A stretch of 64,000 bases of DNA, from contig JBEBGD010000006.1 in the NCBI GenBank assembly GCA_040081625.1, positions 1 to 64,000 on the forward strand, in the 5' to 3' direction. Numbering within the stretch: position 1 is the first letter of the stretch; the number at the start of each line of letters is the position of its first letter. Source of the stretch: Chthoniobacteraceae bacterium (GTDB lineage: Bacteria; Verrucomicrobiota; Verrucomicrobiia; Chthoniobacterales; Chthoniobacteraceae). A model generated the notes under the pieces. It was not told the DNA's origin. It made no database searches and saw only the letters and a list, made by a program, of their open reading frames with translations. Of this stretch, positions 8,572 to 19,057 are shown in pieces. Both the position numbers and the translations under genes were made by a program.

Positions 8572-9573
8572 ATGACTACGCCGCCACCCGTCCCGAACAG
8601 CGATCACGAAACCTTCGAGCAGCTCCAGGCCGCGAGGCCGCGGATCCTCGCGGAGCTGGGGAAGGCGATCATCGGGCAGCAGGAGGTGATCGAGCAAATC
8701 CTGATCACGCTGATGGCGGGCGGGCATTGTTTGATCACCGGCGCGCCGGGGCTGGCGAAGACGCTGCTGGTGAAGTCGATCGCGCAGATTTTTCACCTGG
8801 AGTTTCGGCGGATTCAGTTCACGCCGGACCTGATGCCGGCCGACATCACGGGGGTCGAGATTTTGCAGGAGACCGAGGAGGGGCGGGCGCTCAAGTTCGT
8901 GCCAGGGCCGATCTTCGGGAACATGATATTGGCGGATGAGATCAACCGGACGCCGCCCAAGACGCAGGCGGCGCTGCTGGAGGCGATGCAGGAGCATCAG
9001 GTGACGGCGAGCGGGCGGCGGTATGTGCTGCCGGAGCCGTTCTTCGTGCTCGCGACGCAGAACCCGATCGAGATGGAGGGGACGTATCCGCTGCCGGAGG
9101 CGCAGCTCGACCGGTTCATGTTCAATGTGGTGATCGATTATTTGCCGGAGGCGGATGAGGTGGCGGTGGTGCGTCACACGACGACGGGGGCGGCTGTGGA
9201 GATCGAGCCGTTGCTCACAGGCGAAGACGTCATGCGCTTTCACGCGCTGGTGCGGCAGGTGCCGATCGCGGAGGATCTGGTGCGATTTGCGGTGCGGATC
9301 GCCGCGGCGACGCGTCCGCGGCAGGCGGGGGCGGCGGCGTTCGTGAATGATTGGGTGAGCTGGGGCGCGGGGACGCGGGCGGCGCAATATCTAACGCTCG
9401 GCGCGAAGGCGCGGGTGCTCTTGCAAGGCCGCTCGCATGTGACGCGCGAGGATATCGTGGCGCTCGCGGGTCCGGTGCTGCGGCATCGCGTGCTGGTGAA
9501 CTATCGCGCGGAGGCGGAGGGGGTGAGCGTGGGCAAGGTGATCGAGCGGGTGCTCGAGACGGTGAAGGCGTGA
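8572..9573 (+). CDS. moxR: MoxR family AAA+ ATPase
   Basis: Walker A 'GAPGLAKT', 'RIQFTPDLMPADITG', Walker B 'ILADEINRTPPKTQAALLEAMQE', 'ATQNPIEMEGTYPLPEAQLDRF'. Confidence 0.95.
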   Translation: MTTPPPVPNSDHETFEQLQAARPRILAELGKAIIGQQEVIEQILITLMAGGHCLITGAPGLAKTLLVKSIAQIFHLEFRRIQFTPDLMPADITGVEILQETEEGRALKFVPGPIFGNMILADEINRTPPKTQAALLEAMQEHQVTASGRRYVLPEPFFVLATQNPIEMEGTYPLPEAQLDRFMFNVVIDYLPEADEVAVVRHTTTGAAVEIEPLLTGEDVMRFHALVRQVPIAEDLVRFAVRIAAATRPRQAGAAAFVNDWVSWGAGTRAAQYLTLGAKARVLLQGRSHVTREDIVALAGPVLRHRVLVNYRAEAEGVSVGKVIERVLETVKA

Positions 9574-9636
9574 GGCGTGATGCCGGACTTGCGGGTCTTG
9601 TTGACGAAGGATTGAATCACTGACCAACTTTTCATC

Positions 9637-11109
9637 ATGCGATTTCTCCTTTTCTTCCTCCTGCTCTCAGTCGTCTCACGCGCGGCGGACAAGCCGAACA
9701 TTCTTTTCATCCTGTGCGACGACTTGCGGCCGCAGGCCGTGGGCTGCTACGGGTCGGAACACGTGAAGACGCCGCACATCGACCGGCTGGCGAAGGAGGG
9801 TGTGAGGTTTGCGAATGCGTTTTGCACCACGTCGCTGTGCTCGCCGAGCCGGGCGTCGCTGCTCACGGGGCTGTATGCGCATCAGCACGGCGTGGTGAAT
9901 AATTTCACGGAGCTGCCGCCGGCGTTGCCGCACTGGCCGGCGCGGTTGCACGACGCGGGGTATGCGACGGCGTATTTGGGGAAGTGGCACATGGGCGAGG
10001 AGAATGACGCGCCGCGTCCGGGGTTCGATTATTTCGTCACGCACAAGGGGCAGGGGAAGTATTTCGACACCGAGTGGAACTTGAACGGCACGGGAGCGAA
10101 GGTGATCCCGGGTTACTACACGACGGTGGTGACGGATCTCGCGCTGGACTGGCTGGGCAAGCAGGACACGAAGAAGCCATGGGTGCTGTGCGTAGGGCAC
10201 AAGGCGCCGCACAGCTTTTACACGCCGGACAAGCAGTATGAACACGCCTTCGACTCGGTGCGCGTGCCGTATCCCGACACGGCCTTCGCGCTGGAGGGGA
10301 AGCCGGAGTGGATCAAGCAGCGGCTCACGACGTGGCACGGGATCTACGGGCCGCTGTTCGAGTGGCGGAAGGTCTTCCCCGACACGAGCCCGGCTGCGGT
10401 GAAGGACTTCGAGAACATGGTGCATGGCTATTGGGGCACGGTGCTGTCGGTCGATGACAGCGTGGGGCGGTTGCGCGCATTTCTCGAGAAGTCCGGGCAA
10501 CTGGAGAACACGATCGTGGTCTTCCTCGGCGACAACGGGCTGCTCGAGGGGGAGCACGGCATGGTGGACAAGCGGACGGCGCACGAGGCCTGCCTGCGCA
10601 TCCCCGTGATCGCGAGCGGTCCGGGCTTGCCGAAGGGGAAGGTGGAGAACAAGCAGGTGCTCACGGTCGATTTGCCGCCGAGTCTGCTGGAACTCACGGG
10701 TGCCGCGCCGCTCGGGAAGATCGCGGGCAGGTCGTGGGTGAAGCTCGTGCGCGACGGCGATCCCGCGTGGCGCACCGGCTGGCTGTATCATTACAACTAC
10801 GAGAAGCAGTTCCCCTACACGCCGAACATCCGCGCGCTGCGGACCGACCGTTGGAAATACGTGCGCTACCCGCACGGCCCGCGCTTCGACAGCACGCCCG
10901 ACAAGCACCTGCGTGAGCTCTACGACCTGAACGCCGATCCCGAGGAGCGGAGGAACTTGATCGCCGATCCGGCGCAAGCCGCGACGATCGCGGACCTCGA
11001 CAAACAACTGCTGGCCGAGATGGCCGCGCTCGGGCTGACGCCGTCCACCGACACGATGCCGGAGGACGCGGGGATCAAGAGCGAGCTGCCGGACGCGAAG
11101 ATCCGGTAG
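9637..11109 (+). CDS. Sulfatase (Cys-type formylglycine), exported
   Basis: Signal peptide; 'PNILFILCDD', 'SLCSPSRASLLTG' (CxPxR), 'GKWHMG', 'ELYDLNADPEE'. Confidence 0.95.
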   Translation: MRFLLFFLLLSVVSRAADKPNILFILCDDLRPQAVGCYGSEHVKTPHIDRLAKEGVRFANAFCTTSLCSPSRASLLTGLYAHQHGVVNNFTELPPALPHWPARLHDAGYATAYLGKWHMGEENDAPRPGFDYFVTHKGQGKYFDTEWNLNGTGAKVIPGYYTTVVTDLALDWLGKQDTKKPWVLCVGHKAPHSFYTPDKQYEHAFDSVRVPYPDTAFALEGKPEWIKQRLTTWHGIYGPLFEWRKVFPDTSPAAVKDFENMVHGYWGTVLSVDDSVGRLRAFLEKSGQLENTIVVFLGDNGLLEGEHGMVDKRTAHEACLRIPVIASGPGLPKGKVENKQVLTVDLPPSLLELTGAAPLGKIAGRSWVKLVRDGDPAWRTGWLYHYNYEKQFPYTPNIRALRTDRWKYVRYPHGPRFDSTPDKHLRELYDLNADPEERRNLIADPAQAATIADLDKQLLAEMAALGLTPSTDTMPEDAGIKSELPDAKIR

Positions 11110-11126
11110 GGCGCGGCACGGCGCAG

Positions 11127-12329
11127 CTACTTCGCGCCGAGATTGTCGCGCGCGATGGAGTCCTTCGCGGCGTCGATGACTATCCACTTCGCGCCGGCGT
11201 CGAGCTTGCGCGCGCAGTCGGTGAGCAGGTTCCCGTTGACGAGCACGCGCTCGGTCGCGGTGTCGGCTATCACCGCCTCGCGATCGAGGCCGGTGAAGGT
11301 ATTCCCGGAGATGAGCACGTCCTTCGCACCCTCGAGCACCACACCGCCGGCGGCATCGATGCCCATCGGCGTCTTCGCCTCCGCGGGGCGCTTCTGTCCG
11401 TCGCCCATGAAGGAGTTGGTGAACGCATTTCCGCTGATCGGGCTCCTCCCCGCAGCCGGGCCGACGCGCACGGAGAACTTGTGGCAAAGCACGAAGGTGT
11501 TCGCGCTCACCGAGCAGCCCCACGCGTCGCGCAGGTCGATGCCGCCCTCGAGATGGTGGGCGATCACATTCGCGCTGAGGGCGATGCCGTAGCAATCGCG
11601 GTCGAGGATGATCGCGGTGCCGTTGCACTCCTCGATCATGTTGCCGCTGACGACCGAGCCGTAGGTGTTCTCGATCACGATGCCGTGGCGCAGGTGGTCG
11701 TCGATGTTGTTGCCGTTCGCGCAGAGGTTGAAGGCGTCGTGGCAGGTGATGGCGTCGAGGTTTTCCTCGAAGTGGTTCCCGCTCACCACGATGTCGTGCG
11801 CGCCGGAGATGTGCAGCCCCGACGCCGCGTTGTAGGTGAGGATCGAGTCGTTCACGCGCGGGTCTTCGTAGCAGTCGAGTAGGTGAATGCCGTGCCGGCC
11901 GTGGTGATCGATCGAGACGCCTTGCAGGAAGATCTCCTGGATGCCGTGCGCGAAGATGCCGTCGCCGCTCTTGGGGTTGCCGGAGATGCGCAAGTTGCCG
12001 ACCTGCACGCGCCAGAGCCGCGCCTTCTTGTCCGTGTCGATCGTCGGCGGCGCGAGCACGAGCGCGGGCTCGCCGGCCTCGTTCTTGTTGCGGATGTGCG
12101 TCGAGGCGCCGGAGCCTTCGATGCGCGTCTCCGCGGTGCGGATGCGCAGCGGCTCGGTGATGTCGTAGTCGCCCGGCGGGATGACGACGATGCCGCCGCT
12201 CGCCGGCAGCGCGTCGAACGCCGCTTGCAGCGAGGGAAAGGTGGAAGCGTCAAGGCGCTTGGGCTTCTCCGGAGTCTGGGCGAATGCGGCGAAGGTGCAG
12301 AGCAGGGGAATGAGGCGGAGGAGTTTCAC
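11127..12329 (-). CDS. Right-handed parallel beta-helix (pectate lyase-like) secreted protein
   Basis: GTG start at 12329 with signal peptide; 'LQAAFDALPASGGIVVIPPGDY' then repeated 'SGN.I' beta-helix rungs. Confidence 0.8.
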   Translation of the reverse strand: MKLLRLIPLLCTFAAFAQTPEKPKRLDASTFPSLQAAFDALPASGGIVVIPPGDYDITEPLRIRTAETRIEGSGASTHIRNKNEAGEPALVLAPPTIDTDKKARLWRVQVGNLRISGNPKSGDGIFAHGIQEIFLQGVSIDHHGRHGIHLLDCYEDPRVNDSILTYNAASGLHISGAHDIVVSGNHFEENLDAITCHDAFNLCANGNNIDDHLRHGIVIENTYGSVVSGNMIEECNGTAIILDRDCYGIALSANVIAHHLEGGIDLRDAWGCSVSANTFVLCHKFSVRVGPAAGRSPISGNAFTNSFMGDGQKRPAEAKTPMGIDAAGGVVLEGAKDVLISGNTFTGLDREAVIADTATERVLVNGNLLTDCARKLDAGAKWIVIDAAKDSIARDNLGAK

Positions 12330-12435
12330 GACGGGTTCAATTCGCGGTGCAGGCGATCCGTTGGGGGAAACTTCCGGCGTGCGGCTAAGAACGCGCGTGC
12401 GGACGGGTCGCGTCGGGAGCAATTCTTCCCGCCTC

Positions 12436-14586
12436 ATGACGTCCGCACGCGCCTTCATCCCGACCTTCGCCGCCATGATGGCGGGTGTGGCGCTCGGCGC
12501 GGGGGACCCGATCGAGCAGTTCGAGCGCGAGGTGCGGCCGATCCTCGAGACGCACTGCTTCGACTGCCACGGGCCGGACCGGCAGAAGGGCGGGCTGCGG
12601 CTCGACGACAAGCCGGCGATGCTCGGCGGCGGCGATTCCGGCGAAGCGGCGGTGGTGCCGGGCAACAGTGCCGAGAGCGCGCTCATCGGTCGCATCCTGA
12701 CGCTCGATCCCGACGAGAAGATGCCGCCGAAAGGCGACCGGCTGAAGCCGGAGGAGATCGTGACGCTGCGGCGCTGGATCGACAACGGTGCGCATCTGCC
12801 GGCGAGCAGGAAGACCGAGCATCCGATCGAAGTGGTCGAGGAGGGGATGACGATCACCGACAAGGATCGCGAGTTTTGGGCGTTCCGAGTGCCGCGCCGG
12901 AGCGAGCCGCCGGCGGTGGATTTCGAGGGCTGGCCGCGGCAGCCGATCGATCGCTTCATCGCGGCGAGCCTGCGCGAACACGGGCTGCGGCCTTCGCCTG
13001 AGGCGCCTCGCCGGGTGCTCATCCGCCGGCTCACACTCGATCTCACCGGGCTCCCGCCGACGCCGGAGGAAGTGGACGCTTTTCTCGCCGATACCGCGCC
13101 GGATGTGGTCGAGCGCGCGGTCGATCGGCTGCTCGCGTCGCCGCGATTCGGCGAGCGGATGGCGAGCCTGTGGCTGCCGCTGGCGCGCTACGCGGAGGAT
13201 CAGGCGCATCAGGTCGGCGCGGACACGAAGTATTTTTACCCGAACGCGTATCGCTACCGCGCGTGGGTCATCGACGCGTTCAACCGCGACGTTCGCTACG
13301 ACGAGTTCCTGAAGCTCCAGCTTGCCGCCGACCATCTGCCGTCCACGGCGCCGGAGGATCTCGCGGCGCTCGGCTTCCTCGGGCTCGGGCCGAAGTATTA
13401 CAATCGCGACCGCATGGAGGTGATGGCGGATGAATGGGAGGATCGCGTGGACACCGTCACGCGCACGATGCTCGGGCTCACGGTCGCGTGCGCGCGCTGC
13501 CACGATCACAAGTTCGACCCGATCACGACGCGCGATTACTACGCGCTGGCCGGCGTCTTCTCGAGCACGCGGATGGTGAACAAGAGCCCCGACGGCCAGG
13601 TGGACAAGGAAGGGACCAAGGGGGAGAAGATGCGACCCGCGGTGCTGCACATCGTCGAGGACGGGAAGGTCGCGGACTTGAACGTGTTTGTGCGCGGCAA
13701 CGTCGAGCGCAAGGGACCGGTGGTGGAGCGACGCTTCATCGAAGTGATCGCGCGGAAGGACGCGAGCGCGTTCAGCGATGGCAGCGGGCGGCGCGAACTG
13801 GCGGAAGCCATCGCCAGCCGCGACAACCCGCTCACGGCGCGCGTGCTCGTGAATCGCGTGTGGGCGCTGTTCTTTGGGCAGGGACTCGTGCCGACGCCGA
13901 GCAACTTCGGACACTCCGGCTCGCAGCCGTCGCATCCGCGACTGCTCGACGATCTCGCGGTGCGGTTCATGGAGCAGGGCTGGTCGATTAAGTCGCTCGT
14001 GCGCGAGATCGTGCTCTCCGCGGCGTATCGTCAGGAGTCCGCGCTCGATGCTGCGAAGGCGGCGAGCGATCCCGAGAACGAGCAGCTCTGGCGGATGAAC
14101 CGGCGCCGGCTTTCCATCGAGCAGTGGCGCGACTCGGTGCTCGCGGTGAGCGGCGAACTCGCCGAAGCGCCCGGCGCGAAGTCGCAGGAGATCGACGATC
14201 CGAAGAACGTGCTGCGCACCGTGTATGCGCGGGTGAGTCGGCTGAAGCTGGCCGATCTGCTCATGCAGTTCGACTACCCGGACGCGAACGTCCATGCGGA
14301 GAAACGCTCCGTGACCACGACTCCGCCGCAGAAACTTTTCATGCTCAACAGCACCTTCATGCAGCGCGCGGCGGCGGCGCTCGCGGCGCGGCTGCGCGGC
14401 GCGGCGGAGGACGACGATGCGCGCGTCGCGCTCGCCTACCGGCTGCTTTTCGGCCGCGAAGCCGATGCGAGCGAGCGCAGGCTGGCGCTCGACTTTTTGC
14501 ACAAGCCGGACAGCGCCGACGTGAGCCGGTGGGAGCAATACGCGCAGGTGCTCCTGGCCTCGAACGAGATGCTCTATGTGGACTGA
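12436..14586 (+). CDS. Planctomycete cytochrome c + DUF1549/DUF1553 (PSD1) protein
   Basis: 'VRPILETHCFDCHG', 'LIRRLTLDLTGLPPT', 'CARCHDHKFDPI', 'NPLTARVLVNRVW', 'WSIKSLVREIVLSAAYRQ'. Confidence 0.92.
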   Translation: MTSARAFIPTFAAMMAGVALGAGDPIEQFEREVRPILETHCFDCHGPDRQKGGLRLDDKPAMLGGGDSGEAAVVPGNSAESALIGRILTLDPDEKMPPKGDRLKPEEIVTLRRWIDNGAHLPASRKTEHPIEVVEEGMTITDKDREFWAFRVPRRSEPPAVDFEGWPRQPIDRFIAASLREHGLRPSPEAPRRVLIRRLTLDLTGLPPTPEEVDAFLADTAPDVVERAVDRLLASPRFGERMASLWLPLARYAEDQAHQVGADTKYFYPNAYRYRAWVIDAFNRDVRYDEFLKLQLAADHLPSTAPEDLAALGFLGLGPKYYNRDRMEVMADEWEDRVDTVTRTMLGLTVACARCHDHKFDPITTRDYYALAGVFSSTRMVNKSPDGQVDKEGTKGEKMRPAVLHIVEDGKVADLNVFVRGNVERKGPVVERRFIEVIARKDASAFSDGSGRRELAEAIASRDNPLTARVLVNRVWALFFGQGLVPTPSNFGHSGSQPSHPRLLDDLAVRFMEQGWSIKSLVREIVLSAAYRQESALDAAKAASDPENEQLWRMNRRRLSIEQWRDSVLAVSGELAEAPGAKSQEIDDPKNVLRTVYARVSRLKLADLLMQFDYPDANVHAEKRSVTTTPPQKLFMLNSTFMQRAAAALAARLRGAAEDDDARVALAYRLLFGREADASERRLALDFLHKPDSADVSRWEQYAQVLLASNEMLYVD

Positions 14587-15973
14587 TCCGCTTTCACACC
14601 TCACGCGCCGCGCGGCGCTCCAGCGCATGTGTTCCGGCTTCGGCGCGCTTGGCTTGTCGGCGCTACTCGGCCCGCGCGCGATGGCGGCGCATCAGCCGCA
14701 CTTCGCGCCGCGGGCGAAGCGCGTGGTGTTCCTGTTCATGAATGGCGGGCCGTCGCACGTGGACACCTTCGACCCGAAGCCCGCGCTCGCGAAGTTCGAG
14801 GGGCAGCAGCCGGCGGGAGATCTCTACAAGAAGTCCAAGGGCAGCGGGTTCATGCCGTCGCCGTATTCGTTCGCGAAGCACGGGCAGAGCGGGATCGAGG
14901 TGAGCGAGTCGTTGCCGCAGCTCGCGCGGATCATCGACGATTGCTGCGTCATCCGCTCGATGCACACCGACGTGCCGAATCACGAACCGGCGCTCATCCA
15001 GATGCACACGGGCAATCTTCAACCGATCCGCCCGTCGCTCGGCTCGTGGGCGCTCTACGGGCTCGGCTCGGGGAATGAGAATCTGCCCGGCTACATCGTG
15101 CTGCGACCGAGCCCGAAGATCGTCGTCGGGCCGGCGCTGTGGAGCAGCAGCTTTTTGCCTGCGGATTGTCAGGCGACCAGCGTGATCACGTCGGACATGG
15201 CGGCGGAGAAGCTGATCGCGAACATCCGCAACGCGCGCCTCGGCGCCAGCGAACAGCGCGAGCAGCTCGATCTGCTCGCACAGCTCAATCGCCGCCACCT
15301 CGCGCAGCGCAACGGCGATGCCGGGCTGGAGGGCGAGATTTCCGCGATGGAGACGGCTTTCCGGATGCAGAGCGAGGCGATGAAGACCTTCGACATCAGC
15401 CGCGAACCCGAGGCGCTCCGCGCGGCGTATGGCGACACGGCGTTTGGCCGCTCGTGCCTGCTCGCGCGGCGGTTGCTCGAAGACGGCGTGCGTTTCGTGT
15501 CGGTCTATTACACCGACGCGAACAACCAGCCGTGGGACACGCACTCGAATCATCACGAGCGGCATCCGAAGCTTTGCGCCGACGGCGATCGCGCGGGCGC
15601 GGCGCTCATCGCGGACCTGAAGCAGCGCGGCTTGCTCGACGACACGCTGGTGATCTGGGGCGGCGAGTTCGGGCGCACGCCTTACTCGCAACTCGATGCG
15701 AAAAAGGACGTGAGCAAGGCCGGCCGCGATCATCATCACACCGGCTTTTCGATGCTGCTCGCCGGCGGCGGCGTGCGCGGCGGTCTAGCGTATGGCGCGA
15801 CGGACGAACTCGGCATGAAGGCCGAGGAGAATCCGGTTCACGTCCACGATCTGCACGCGACGATCCTCCACTTGCTCGGGCTCGATCACGAGCGGCTCAC
15901 GTATCGCTACGCAGGCCGCGACTTCCGCCTCACCGATGTCCACGGGCGGGTCGTGCGCGACATCATCGCGTAG
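14576..15973 (+). CDS. DUF1501 domain protein (Tat-like N-terminus)
   Basis: 'LTRRAAL', 'LFMNGGPSHVDTFDPKP', 'WDTH', 'GEFGRTP', 'GRDHH', 'VHDLHATILHLLGLDHERLTY'. Confidence 0.93.
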   Translation: MWTDPLSHLTRRAALQRMCSGFGALGLSALLGPRAMAAHQPHFAPRAKRVVFLFMNGGPSHVDTFDPKPALAKFEGQQPAGDLYKKSKGSGFMPSPYSFAKHGQSGIEVSESLPQLARIIDDCCVIRSMHTDVPNHEPALIQMHTGNLQPIRPSLGSWALYGLGSGNENLPGYIVLRPSPKIVVGPALWSSSFLPADCQATSVITSDMAAEKLIANIRNARLGASEQREQLDLLAQLNRRHLAQRNGDAGLEGEISAMETAFRMQSEAMKTFDISREPEALRAAYGDTAFGRSCLLARRLLEDGVRFVSVYYTDANNQPWDTHSNHHERHPKLCADGDRAGAALIADLKQRGLLDDTLVIWGGEFGRTPYSQLDAKKDVSKAGRDHHHTGFSMLLAGGGVRGGLAYGATDELGMKAEENPVHVHDLHATILHLLGLDHERLTYRYAGRDFRLTDVHGRVVRDIIA

Positions 15974-15994
15974 CGCGGCTGAGCGCGCGAAGTG

Positions 15995-16084
15995 TCAGGC
16001 GCCTCTGCGGGTCGGGAGCACCTTAGGCTTCTCTTTTTTCGGCTTCTTGACTTCCTTTTTGTGACTGTTGTTGCCTTTGGCCAT
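15995..16084 (-). CDS. Small lysine-rich protein, 29 aa (MAKGNNSHKKEVKKPKKEKPKVLPTRRGA)
   Basis: ATG at 16084, TGA at 15995, filling an AT-rich gap. Resembles the widespread small 'MAKG...KE.KKPK' basic peptides (from recall). Confidence 0.6.
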   Translation of the reverse strand: MAKGNNSHKKEVKKPKKEKPKVLPTRRGA

Positions 16085-16292
16085 TTCAGTATTTCGGTTT
16101 GGGTTTTGTGACGTTCGCTTCGCACCTAGCAGGTCGGAGCATCGGGACGAAAGAAGAATTTTCGAATCTCCCGAACTGGCTGGCAGTCGTGGCGCGGCAC
16201 GACCCGTTCGGACGGGCCGCCTCCCGCCGCAATGGGCGGTTACACAAGCGCCAATTCGGCGGGTATCGTGCGGTCGTATTCCACGACCGACC

Positions 16293-19055
16293 ATGAAAGC
16301 GCTTCTACTTCTGCTCTTCCTCCCGCTCGCCGCGATGGCGAATGCCTTGCAATCCGCTGATGCGAAGCGTGCGCCTGCCGACCAGCGCACGGCCGCGCAG
16401 CGCTGGGCCGACCTTGCCAAGGCCGAGGCGCCGAGTTTTCGCCGGCATGTCGTCCCGCTTTTTTCGCGCGCGGGTTGCAGCGGGCGCGAGTGCCATGGCG
16501 CGTTCGCAGGGCAGGGCGGGTTCCAGCTTTCGCTCTTCGGCTACGACTTCGACAAGGATCACAAGGAGATGGTCGCCGATGCGGAGGACGGCTCGCGGAT
16601 CGACCTGAAGAAGCCGACCGACAGCCTCATCCTCACGAAGCCGTCGCTCGATCGCGGCGAGACGCACAAGGGCAAGAAGCGCTTCGACAAGGGCTCGTGG
16701 GAATACAATCTCGTGCTCCGCTGGATCCAGGGTGGCGCGAAGCTCGACGTGGCGGAGACGGGCGAGTTCGACCGGCTCGAGATCGCGCCGCAGGAGATTG
16801 TCTTCAAGAAGGCGGGCGACACCGCGCAGCTCCGCGTGATGGCGCATTGGAAGGACGGGAAGATCGAGGACGTGACGCAGCTCACGCGCTTCCGCACGAA
16901 TGATGACTCCGTCGCCGACGTGAGCGCGACCGGCATGGTGACGTGCAAGGAGAAGGGCGACACGCACATCGTCGCGTTCTACGACAATGGTGTGCATCCG
17001 GTGCCGGTGATGCTGCCGGCGTCGGCGTTCACGGCGGCGAAGTTTCCGAAAGTGCCGACGCGCACGAAGGTGGACGAACTCGTGGTGAACAAGCTGCGCA
17101 AGGCGGGCATCGTGCCGTCGGAGATCTGCACCGATTCGGAGTTCCTGCGCCGGGTGAGCCTCGACCTCGCGGCGACGCTGCCGGGGCCGGATGAAGTGCG
17201 CGCTTTCCTCGCCGACAAGTCGCCGGACAAGCGGGCGAAGAAGGTCGAGGAGTTGCTCAAGTCGCCCGGCTACTCGGCCTGGTGGACGACGCTGATGTGC
17301 GACTTCAGCGGGAACACGCCGCAACAACTCAACAACGGCGGCGACCTCCAGCTCAACGCCCAGTTCTCGCGGCAGTGGTATGACTGGATCCAAAAGCGCA
17401 TCACCGACAACATGCCCTACGATCAGCTCGTCGCCGGCATGGTGCTCGCGACCAGCCGCAGCACGCCCGAGCAGGGCTACGAAGATTTCGCGAAAGAAAT
17501 GGCGTCGTATTTCCGCGTCGAAAACCGCGCCGACTTCGCCAGCCGGCCCGACATGCCGTATTTCTGGCAGCGGCAGAATGTGCGCAAGCCGCAGGAGAAG
17601 GCGCTGGCATTCGCGCACACGTTCCTCGGCGTGCGGATCGAGTGCGCGGAGTGCCACAAGCATCCCTTCGACCAGTGGACGCAGACCGACTTCAAGCAGT
17701 TCCAGGCATTCTTCGAGCCGGTGAGCTACGGATCGCGGCGCACGGACGAGGCGATGAATTACGCCACGTTGACGAAGGAATTGCAGGAGAAGCTCGGCTA
17801 CGACCGGAAGAAGCAGACGAACCGCAACGAATACCGCAAGAAGCTCGGCGAGATGCTGCGCGCGGGAGAAGTGCTTCCATGGCAGGAGGTGTTTGTGAAT
17901 CCGCCGAAGGACAAGAAGGCGCTGAGCGAAAAGGATCTCGCGCGGCTCAAGCAGAAGAACCCGACCTTCGACGGCCGCGTCTTCACGCCGAAGATCCTCG
18001 GCGGCGATGAGGTGATGCTGACGAAGTATCCCGATCCGCGCGGGCCGCTGATGGAATGGCTGCGCGGCAAGGACAACCCCTACTTCGCGCAGGCCTTCGT
18101 GAACCGCGCGTGGGCCGTGTATTTCGGCCGAGGCATCGTCGAGCCGGCCGACGACATGAACCTCGCCAACCCGCCGTCGAACAAGGAGCTGATGGATTTC
18201 CTCGCGGCCGGCTTTGTGAAGAGCGGCTACGACATGAAGTGGCTGCATCGCACGATCGTGAACAGCGACACTTACCAGCGGAGCTGGAAGACCACGCCGA
18301 GCAACAAGCTGGACGGGAAAAATTTCAGCCACGCGCTCATCCGGCGTCTGCCAGCGGAGATGGTGTTCGACTCGATCGCGATGGCCACCGCATCCGCGAG
18401 CGGCCAGGCGCGCTTCGTCGCCGACGTGGACAACCGCGCGATCGGCCCGAACGCAACGATCAGCGGCAAGACCAAGGGCGGCGACAGCTACACGCTGAAG
18501 ACCTTCGGCAAACCCGCGCGCATCATGAACTGCGACTGCGAGCGGTCGAGCGACCCGACGCTGCTCCAGACGATCTACACCCGCAACGATCCCTCGCTGC
18601 TCGCACTGCTCGATTCCTCCAAGCGCGACGGCGTCGGCTGGATCGAGGAGCTTCGCCGCTCCACCAGTCCCGAGTTTTCGCGGGAGAAGCTCGAGGCCGA
18701 GATGGCGAAGTCCGAGGCTGGCAAGCAGCGCGTCCAGCAGACGCTCGCGGAGTTGGCGGCGAAGCAGCAAGTCGTCGCCGAGAAGGACCGCCAGAAATAC
18801 GAGGGGCAGATCAAGGAACTCGACCAGCGCATCGACCGCACCAAGGCGGAACTGGTGAGCGCGATCGCGCGCAAGCCCGTCGATTTCGACCGCGTCATCG
18901 AGGAGGTCTTCCTCCGCACGGTCAGCCGCCCGCCTACGAAGGATGAATTTGCCAGGGCCAAAGCCGATCTCGGCGCGGCCGCGACGCCCGTGGACGGAGT
19001 GCGCGAACTGCTCTGGGCCATGCTCAACACGCGCGAGTTCATGGTGAATCACTGA
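16293..19055 (+). CDS. DUF1549/DUF1553 protein with Ig-like domain, exported
   Basis: Signal MKALLLLLFLPLAAMA; 'FSRAGCSGRECHG', 'FLRRVSLDL', 'ECAECHKHPFDQW', 'NPYFAQAFVNRAW', 'CDCERS', 'WAMLNTREFMVNH'. Confidence 0.92.
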   Translation: MKALLLLLFLPLAAMANALQSADAKRAPADQRTAAQRWADLAKAEAPSFRRHVVPLFSRAGCSGRECHGAFAGQGGFQLSLFGYDFDKDHKEMVADAEDGSRIDLKKPTDSLILTKPSLDRGETHKGKKRFDKGSWEYNLVLRWIQGGAKLDVAETGEFDRLEIAPQEIVFKKAGDTAQLRVMAHWKDGKIEDVTQLTRFRTNDDSVADVSATGMVTCKEKGDTHIVAFYDNGVHPVPVMLPASAFTAAKFPKVPTRTKVDELVVNKLRKAGIVPSEICTDSEFLRRVSLDLAATLPGPDEVRAFLADKSPDKRAKKVEELLKSPGYSAWWTTLMCDFSGNTPQQLNNGGDLQLNAQFSRQWYDWIQKRITDNMPYDQLVAGMVLATSRSTPEQGYEDFAKEMASYFRVENRADFASRPDMPYFWQRQNVRKPQEKALAFAHTFLGVRIECAECHKHPFDQWTQTDFKQFQAFFEPVSYGSRRTDEAMNYATLTKELQEKLGYDRKKQTNRNEYRKKLGEMLRAGEVLPWQEVFVNPPKDKKALSEKDLARLKQKNPTFDGRVFTPKILGGDEVMLTKYPDPRGPLMEWLRGKDNPYFAQAFVNRAWAVYFGRGIVEPADDMNLANPPSNKELMDFLAAGFVKSGYDMKWLHRTIVNSDTYQRSWKTTPSNKLDGKNFSHALIRRLPAEMVFDSIAMATASASGQARFVADVDNRAIGPNATISGKTKGGDSYTLKTFGKPARIMNCDCERSSDPTLLQTIYTRNDPSLLALLDSSKRDGVGWIEELRRSTSPEFSREKLEAEMAKSEAGKQRVQQTLAELAAKQQVVAEKDRQKYEGQIKELDQRIDRTKAELVSAIARKPVDFDRVIEEVFLRTVSRPPTKDEFARAKADLGAAATPVDGVRELLWAMLNTREFMVNH

Positions 19056-19057
19056 CC

